Below, in pieces: positions 58,132 through 64,000 of a DNA stretch of 64,000 bases. Each line of letters starts with the position of its first letter. Position 1 is the first letter of the stretch. A program made the position numbers and the translations under genes. The notes under the pieces were generated by a model that did not search any database, was not told the DNA's origin, and saw nothing but the letters and a program-made list of their open reading frames with translations. Location: the IMG/VR virus record IMGVR_UViG_3300029288_000132, positions 1 to 64,000 of that record; one strand, written 5' to 3'. This DNA comes from a virus (Duplodnaviria; Caudoviricetes).

Positions 58132-58665
58132 TCAGGATGGGAAAGTTTGCCCTGCGTCACCATAAGTGATGTTCTTATAGACGAGCCTAAAGACTTCTGG
58201 ATGATTGCCAGAGTCATCGGTAATAGTCGATGCCGCTGTGTCGAGAGCGGTATGTAATGCTTTCACTTCCGCCACAACAGTCGCTGTCGGTTGGCCTACC
58301 GTCCCATCCCACAAACGGGGTCCGCGAGGGCCAGTAAGAACTTGATTTGTGTGGATTAGCGTCAGTGCTGGCGCTGGTTGGGCACTCGGATTGCTGCTTA
58401 CGGTATAGAATCCCTCAACCATCAATAGCGATGGATTGTTTCCGATTTGTGGGCGCACGCCCATTCCGTTGGCGATGCTGCCGAATTTTTCGCTCAGCTG
58501 ATTTTGCCCACCCTCAGGCTCCGGCATCGTAATCTGTGAGACGAGTTTCAGTTCTCCGTAAAGTTGAATACCCAACCGCTGCAGGTCTCGGATGTAGTCC
58601 CACTTGCTCTTACCGCGTGCAGGCACAGTTCGAAAGTAGGCAGTGAATGGTACTAATGCTGACAT
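58132..58665 (-). CDS. Hypothetical protein (probably virion)
   Basis: SD GGAG; co-oriented with neck genes. Confidence 0.6.
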   Translation of the reverse strand: MSALVPFTAYFRTVPARGKSKWDYIRDLQRLGIQLYGELKLVSQITMPEPEGGQNQLSEKFGSIANGMGVRPQIGNNPSLLMVEGFYTVSSNPSAQPAPALTLIHTNQVLTGPRGPRLWDGTVGQPTATVVAEVKALHTALDTAASTITDDSGNHPEVFRLVYKNITYGDAGQTFPS

Positions 58666-58762
58666 ATCGAAATCTCCGATCTGCTGTGTTACAAATTATT
58701 TTTGGCGGGCAAACTTTCTCTTGGAGCCGTATTTTAAACAGGAACTCTTACAAGGAGAACAG

Positions 58763-59047
58763 ATGACCCGCGATGAAATCAGAGCAGAATCATTCAACAG
58801 GATTACTATAGCTCTGAACGAAGTCTTCCCTAACATCCCATCTAAAGCAGATGGCGATTTCTTAAGTTTCGACGGGGAAGCAGTCAAGATCGAGATGTCC
58901 AGCTGCGATGCTTATGAGGGATATTTCGATATCACCAATGACGAAGGCAGCCTCGGAACATTATGGGGCGTCAAGCCAGTAGTCAATGTCTTGGTTAGAG
59001 CAGTTTGTGATATCCGTAGGCAGAAAGTGTTAAGTGGGTTGAGATAA
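58763..59047 (+). CDS. Hypothetical protein
   Basis: Start revised to MTRDEIR after SD AAGGAG. Confidence 0.6.
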   Translation: MTRDEIRAESFNRITIALNEVFPNIPSKADGDFLSFDGEAVKIEMSSCDAYEGYFDITNDEGSLGTLWGVKPVVNVLVRAVCDIRRQKVLSGLR

Positions 59048-59093
59048 ATTAATAATCATCCCTCATCGTGCTATAACCTCTTCGGAGGATAGA

Positions 59094-59291
59094 ATGAGCA
59101 CGACAAGAGAAATATCTTTTTGCACAAGAGTGTGGAGTAACATTAGACGCTATCTCATTCCGAGCAAATGGAAGAAACGAATTATGCTGTATAAGCTATT
59201 CAAAGGCTCCGGTGCGGATATAAGCGATCTAACGCTTGGTGAAAATATGGTGATGTTGCTTGACGAAATCACCGGAATTTTCAAGAGCTAG
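59094..59291 (+). CDS. Small hypothetical protein
   Basis: TGcTATAAC at 59069-59077 and SD GGAGG upstream. Confidence 0.6.
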   Translation: MSTTREISFCTRVWSNIRRYLIPSKWKKRIMLYKLFKGSGADISDLTLGENMVMLLDEITGIFKS

Positions 59292-59637
59292 TTTGGGTTT
59301 TACTGACTAAATGCTTGAACATCCACAATAGCAACGGGTCGCCAGACTGCGCCATTCTTTTAGCCGCTTTCTTATAATGCGGATTGTTTTCAATAAACTT
59401 CTCAATATACTCGTCGTATTCGTCTGCGTTATCATTTTGCCGCAGAGCATGCATTTGTGGTCTTAGTTTTTTAAGTTCTCTCTCCTTATCGAGATCATTC
59501 AAACCCGATTCTTCTATCTCGATACCTTTTCTAACTAATTTCTCTATCGCACGTCGAAGATCATCTCCGTGAACTGTCTCTTCACACAAAATCTCGGACA
59601 ACATTCTATCGAAGTATCTCATATAGTATCTTTGCAA
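59281..59637 (-). CDS. Hypothetical acidic protein
   Basis: MRYFDRMLSEILCEE-type N-terminus. Confidence 0.55.
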   Translation of the reverse strand: MQRYYMRYFDRMLSEILCEETVHGDDLRRAIEKLVRKGIEIEESGLNDLDKERELKKLRPQMHALRQNDNADEYDEYIEKFIENNPHYKKAAKRMAQSGDPLLLWMFKHLVSKTQTSS

Positions 59638-59655
59638 TGTATATCGCTAAATACA

Positions 59656-59686
59656 AAAACGGCAGCCTTTGTGAGGCTGCCGTTTT
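59656..59686 (-). terminator. Intrinsic terminator, probably bidirectional
   Basis: aaaacggcagcct-ttgtg-aggctgccgtttt, with T-tracts on both strands. Confidence 0.85.
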
Positions 59687-59714
59687 ATTCTGACTTAGAC
59701 GTTTCAGAGAGCCA

Positions 59715-60134
59715 TTAGGCCCCAGGAGCCGGAACCGGAGGCACATAAGTGTCGTTCCGGAGGTCGCCTTGCAGATCTCGGGTGAGACCGGCAGCAACGT
59801 TGGCCAAGAACATATCGCTTCCAACTTGGAAAGCGAAGTCGATGCTCGGCAAACCCTCTTGTGCGGCACCAAAGGTCTTGACCTGGTACAAACCCACAAC
59901 AATCGGGAAGCCACGGCCTGCGCCGAAGCGGGCTTCGCCGCAGTAAGGGCTGAAATCTTGGAGAGTAGTATCTCTGGTCAGCACGCCGACCAAAATCTCT
60001 TCACCAGGAACGCTCATGATCAACGGGCGTAGCCGCTTGGTCAAAGCAGCGACGGCCTCGTGTCGAAGAGCTTGGCGATAGGCCCGTACATTGCGATAAA
60101 CACTAATGGACGTATTGGCTGGTTGTGCACTCAT
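59715..60134 (-). CDS. Hypothetical protein, late monocistron (abundant virion protein candidate)
   Basis: TAAATA at 60166-60171, SD AGGAG, own terminator. Confidence 0.6.
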   Translation of the reverse strand: MSAQPANTSISVYRNVRAYRQALRHEAVAALTKRLRPLIMSVPGEEILVGVLTRDTTLQDFSPYCGEARFGAGRGFPIVVGLYQVKTFGAAQEGLPSIDFAFQVGSDMFLANVAAGLTRDLQGDLRNDTYVPPVPAPGA

Positions 60135-60200
60135 GTGTCAAACTCCTAAAGAATTTGGTTTTGTGTATTTAACTATTCGTTCTCTGCCCACATATTAATT

Positions 60201-60229
60201 TTGCATGAATAACTAATTTCTGATATAGG
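60201..60229 (+). promoter_or_regulatory. Sigma70-type promoter TTGCAT-17-TATAGG
   Basis: Canonical spacing with extended TG, upstream of the 60238 ORF. Confidence 0.45.
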
Positions 60230-60237
60230 GCTAACCA

Positions 60238-60591
60238 GTGCCATATTGCATATTCTGTACGCAGGGCTATATGTCTGCTCAAGAAGTCAAAGCAGAGTGC
60301 GGAGTTGAGAAATGGTTACCGATATTGGTAATGCGGTCTGAAAAGGAACCCGGACCAGTAGTGCCGGTATTCGATTCGCCGCATGTCGCAGCCAAATTTG
60401 CTAGGAGGAATCTCCCCTCCAACTGGTTGTGCGGAATTATAGACTTACGCAGGCGTGATGCAGAATGGATGGATAGTAGAGGCTGGCGAGCCAAGAAATT
60501 AGATTATCCGAGAAAACTCAAAGACGTGGTAGATTTCGATATCGAGATTTTGGAATATGAGCTGGAATATGAGATGGCTATGCAACTATAG
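60238..60591 (+). CDS. Hypothetical protein
   Basis: 117-aa ORF; start may be ATG 60271. Confidence 0.55.
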   Translation: MPYCIFCTQGYMSAQEVKAECGVEKWLPILVMRSEKEPGPVVPVFDSPHVAAKFARRNLPSNWLCGIIDLRRRDAEWMDSRGWRAKKLDYPRKLKDVVDFDIEILEYELEYEMAMQL

Positions 60592-60892
60592 TATTGGGAT
60601 CGATTGATACATCGTCACCAAATTGTAGTTTAAACTTCTCTAATGCTTCTGTAACCTCATCCAAACTAGGAAAATAGCACGGTAAGCAAATTATGTAGAT
60701 TGGGTTCTTTTTGCCATCCAAGTAAACTTTTCTTATGACTTCAACATAGAAGAATTCTTTGGATTCTACAAGATCGAATCCGATCTCGTCACCTTTATTA
60801 AGCCATACATAATCATCTGGGCGGTTTTTTATAGTAAACCTACAAAGCTTTTGTTTTGTCTGACTGTCGAATTCGATAACTACATTAACCAT
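60578..60892 (-). CDS. Hypothetical protein
   Basis: Last gene of the glycosyltransferase operon. Confidence 0.55.
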   Translation of the reverse strand: MVNVVIEFDSQTKQKLCRFTIKNRPDDYVWLNKGDEIGFDLVESKEFFYVEVIRKVYLDGKKNPIYIICLPCYFPSLDEVTEALEKFKLQFGDDVSIDPNTIVA

Positions 60893-61847
60893 AATTCGCT
60901 CTTTTCAAAATCATCCTAAATTGTGCTAGTTGCGACCAATAATCCAGATAATCTTTGGTCGCATTTTCAGCTATCGTCTTCCATAGCCCCAAGTCGACCT
61001 TAGAATTGAGATCGCTCCATTTTTCTACGACTACTGCGTTATGCCCATCGACTAACGGTGGTTGATAAGGCGACACTTGCCGTTTTGTTATGATTGTTCG
61101 CCCAAATAGTACTGCCTCAATGAAACGTAAGCTCTTATCCCCAGCACCGCGCAAGTCTACACATGCATTGTAGGAAAGCAGATGTTTCAAATACTGTGTC
61201 GGAGATGCATCAGCCCTCAAAACCAGATCAACCCAACTCGGCATCCCGTCAACACATCTGCGTTCACCATAACCACCACGACCCATGAAACCAGCAAGAC
61301 CAACAATGTCATATTTAAAGGCGTCTCTTATCATTTGTATGTCATCATCGAGATAAGCAAAATCAAGATGCATCCTGGCAAACAAATCGAATACTTGTGT
61401 TGATGGGCGGTGGGCGACAACTATCGTCTTATGCCCATAATCACGTAGTAATTCTAGCGAACAATTAACGGGCATAAACAGGTCACATCGCGTCTGAACA
61501 GGTCCGCCTATACCACTTTTCTTGCCTTGCCATATCATCCGCTTTTCTCTAAATAATCTGTCGGATGAGCATAAGCAGACCTTGAATGCTGGTAAATTGG
61601 CGATATTTTTCCAATTATCATCAAAAAAGAAAGTATCTGATTTTGCGATATACAATCTTACGTTATCGTAGTTATCAGATAGCAAATGTTTAACCCGTCG
61701 AAGGATTGGGTGGCGTTCGTGTTGCCCTTTTATTACTACCTTGACCGGTAAATGCATTCTATCAGCGATTTCTGCTAGATTCGCAAGCTGATAAGCACAG
61801 CGTGGTAATCTATTATCGCTAAGCATAGAAAAGTCAACCGCGATCAT
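60885..61847 (-). CDS. Glycosyltransferase-like protein (GT-B-type C-terminus)
   Basis: QYLKHLLSYNACVDLRGAGDKSLRFIEAVLFG. Confidence 0.6.
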   Translation of the reverse strand: MIAVDFSMLSDNRLPRCAYQLANLAEIADRMHLPVKVVIKGQHERHPILRRVKHLLSDNYDNVRLYIAKSDTFFFDDNWKNIANLPAFKVCLCSSDRLFREKRMIWQGKKSGIGGPVQTRCDLFMPVNCSLELLRDYGHKTIVVAHRPSTQVFDLFARMHLDFAYLDDDIQMIRDAFKYDIVGLAGFMGRGGYGERRCVDGMPSWVDLVLRADASPTQYLKHLLSYNACVDLRGAGDKSLRFIEAVLFGRTIITKRQVSPYQPPLVDGHNAVVVEKWSDLNSKVDLGLWKTIAENATKDYLDYWSQLAQFRMILKRANYG

Positions 61848-62806
61848 TTAAACCTCTGCACCGCCAACAGCAAGGAAGATGCTATATCTTGGAATCCTAA
61901 TGCAGTCATTAGTACTGCCATACGGTGATGATAAGTATGTGCCATTAGTACATCTTCACGCTGTTGTTGAGCTATTTTCGTAAGGCGGCAATGGTCTTTT
62001 AATAAGTTTTGGATTTCATAGTGAAATAACTTTGGATTACTGCCAATTATAGCATGCGGCAAGTATCTATCAAGACCTTTTGCGGGGTCGTGAATAACAG
62101 CAGCACCACTCAAAGCAGCTTTAAAAACTCTTTCTGGCAAGTCGATACCGTGTTCTAGTGTATGTGGCTCACTGATACATGGCACTATTTTGCAGCTCGC
62201 CAACAGTACAGGGACTTCATTATCAGTTATTGGGCCACCACATAGATTATCCGGCCATATTCCCCAACCACGAACCATACGCGATATTGTTGTATCTCGC
62301 AAAACCGGAAACAAATAGGCATCTATGTTTTTCGCCTTATATGGCCAACGTCCGCCTACATATCCAATGTCATACTTGTTGTGCTCTCCGTTGGCAATAT
62401 TAAATATCGTAGCATCGCCAGCGGTTGCCATAGGCACCCATGGTATGCCGATTTTATCCCAAAAAGACCAATAATGGCGGTCGGTTTCATGACCATAACC
62501 AAACACAGCATCTGGCTTTATCGCTTTAACCCAGTTAATAGCATCTTGAGATTCATTGATGTTCGGTTCGATCTTTGTCGGTCCATGTGGATTAACATGG
62601 ACAACGACTTTGCATTTACGGTCATTTGGTATATCTTGTCGATGACCAGAGGCACCAATATACAAATCAGGAGAAAATGCATCCCAGCTATATCTCTTAC
62701 CGTCCCATCTATCTGTAATTATTCCAATATCACGTAGGGCATTAATCATCCCGTCCGTAATAAATGACCAAGCACCACCTACTCTACTACAGAATAGAAC
62801 ACGCAT
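61844..62806 (-). CDS. CgeB-like GT-B glycosyltransferase
   Basis: MATAGD, IGYVGG, LASCKI, PERVFKAALSGA. Start revised to MRVLFCS. Confidence 0.75.
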   Translation of the reverse strand: MRVLFCSRVGGAWSFITDGMINALRDIGIITDRWDGKRYSWDAFSPDLYIGASGHRQDIPNDRKCKVVVHVNPHGPTKIEPNINESQDAINWVKAIKPDAVFGYGHETDRHYWSFWDKIGIPWVPMATAGDATIFNIANGEHNKYDIGYVGGRWPYKAKNIDAYLFPVLRDTTISRMVRGWGIWPDNLCGGPITDNEVPVLLASCKIVPCISEPHTLEHGIDLPERVFKAALSGAAVIHDPAKGLDRYLPHAIIGSNPKLFHYEIQNLLKDHCRLTKIAQQQREDVLMAHTYHHRMAVLMTALGFQDIASSLLLAVQRFK

Positions 62807-62816
62807 GTTTTTTCCT

Positions 62817-64000
62817 TTATTCCAAACAACGACTTCGACCACTCTGAATTAATAGTTGTCGTTGTCGTATTATCCTATCATTGAGTGATAAAGAACTCAA
62901 CTTAGTGCCAAGTTCTTTATTCCTATTATGAAACGTTGTCCATTTGTCGACTCTATCGTGATGTAGGTGCAACAAATCGATGTGGCGATTTTCTTTCCAT
63001 ATAGTAGCTTTCGATAGTCTAAAATAAAAATCACAATCCTCGACGCCATAACCGACAAATTCTTCTACGAAGCCGCCTATCTTCCAATATGTTTTACGAT
63101 GACATGCTATAGATCCACCTTCAAAATAATCAACCATATGATCATATCTGGGCCGATCTATGATGCCTGTAGTATTAATAGTGTGAGTAGCCTGTGATCC
63201 GAGATAAAAAATCTGCCTACAAAGATGACAAGCTTCTACTTCTGCTAGTTCTTTGGTTACTTCTTGAAAATAATTACTCGGCGCTATCGTATCAGCGTCA
63301 TGTAGAACCAATAGATCCGATGTACATACCTCAACACCAAAATTCCAAGCTCTACTCTTGTTGAACGCAGCACCCGGCAGACCAGTGGTAAAAACATGTC
63401 TGGCGGGGACACAATCTACATCCTTCATCTTCGGTGCTGAATCTTCTTCAGTCATAACAATTTCAATATCTGGATAGCGTTGTGCTCTAATATTTCCAAG
63501 GACAGTTAATATTGATTCCCTGCGATTGATTTCACGAAATGGTATAACACAAGAGATGCGCGGGACGACAGTCGCTTCACTAGCATTTACGTAAGTTGGT
63601 CTGATACCAATAGAGCCCAGAATAATTTTAGCACGTTTGAGCTTTTCAACCCTGTTCTCAACAGATGAATGTTCTGGATGTACTACAAAATATGCATTAG
63701 AACCATCGACATCGAAAAACCCCGGCTGCTGTAATTTACTATCAGATAATCTAGTAGACCAGTCAACATGTTCAACACCATATTGACCAAATTGCTCATC
63801 AAAATAACCAACCTTTGCGAATGCTATATGATCGAACGCCATCACAGCGCCGTGCGGTTTGTCATTGACGACATTCAAAACTGTGCCATGAACTTTAACG
63901 CTATCACCTTTCGTGGCACCGTACACACCGGGTTGGCGATAACAAAAATGATGAAATTCAGTACGATGCATTGCTGCAAAATAAAAATCTTCCCACCCTT
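62817..64000 (-). CDS. Multi-domain GT2/GT7C-like glycosyltransferase, 5' truncated by the window end
   Basis: ISCVIPFR, FNKSRAWNFG, LHDADT, FEGGS, FVGYGVEDCDF. The frame stays open to 64000 (GWEDFYFAAM...). Confidence 0.8.
   Translation of the reverse strand, partial: GWEDFYFAAMHRTEFHHFCYRQPGVYGATKGDSVKVHGTVLNVVNDKPHGAVMAFDHIAFAKVGYFDEQFGQYGVEHVDWSTRLSDSKLQQPGFFDVDGSNAYFVVHPEHSSVENRVEKLKRAKIILGSIGIRPTYVNASEATVVPRISCVIPFREINRRESILTVLGNIRAQRYPDIEIVMTEEDSAPKMKDVDCVPARHVFTTGLPGAAFNKSRAWNFGVEVCTSDLLVLHDADTIAPSNYFQEVTKELAEVEACHLCRQIFYLGSQATHTINTTGIIDRPRYDHMVDYFEGGSIACHRKTYWKIGGFVEEFVGYGVEDCDFYFRLSKATIWKENRHIDLLHLHHDRVDKWTTFHNRNKELGTKLSSLSLNDRIIRQRQLLIQSGRSRCLE

Noticed and set aside
1-64000. Stop-codon reassignment and tRNA genes
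   Set aside because: Core genes are intact under code 11 with dense packing; no cloverleaf or TTCGA T-arm context was recognised in the intergenic gaps.

Overview
A 64-kb segment of a large T4-like (contractile-tail) phage genome covering most of the virion morphogenesis region. Almost all structural genes are on the minus strand. In minus-strand transcription order (high to low coordinates) it holds: glycosyltransferases, small late genes, gp13/gp14-like neck, gp15-like terminator, gp18-like sheath, three tandem gp19-like tube paralogs, a gp26-like chaperone, two large adhesin-like proteins, primase, hub, tape measure, gp48/54-, gp53-, gp5-, gp25- and gp6-like baseplate genes, class II RNR (NrdJ), UvsW-like helicase (plus strand), a gp55-like sigma candidate, terminase, subtilase, gp20-like portal, a giant acidic core protein, an accessory island (nuclease-fold protein, papain-like protease, membrane proteins, gmd/fcl, glycosyltransferase) and the start of a gp22-like scaffold. 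A Planctomycete-style dockerin-I domain and related repeats suggest a Planctomycetota host (inference). Main observations: (1) the three tube paralogs appear to start at ATT, TTG and ACG behind good Shine-Dalgarno sites; (2) the sheath leader can fold into two mutually exclusive structures, one hiding the SD; (3) several small late genes share an N-terminal M[KR]Lxx[IL]xE motif resembling a capsid-targeting signal; (4) unusual fusions (encapsulated-ferritin-like/Zn ribbon, RMF-like/holin-like, Vsr-like/Mom-like, sigma/Zn ribbon). All family assignments come from motif recognition by eye; no database searches were run.
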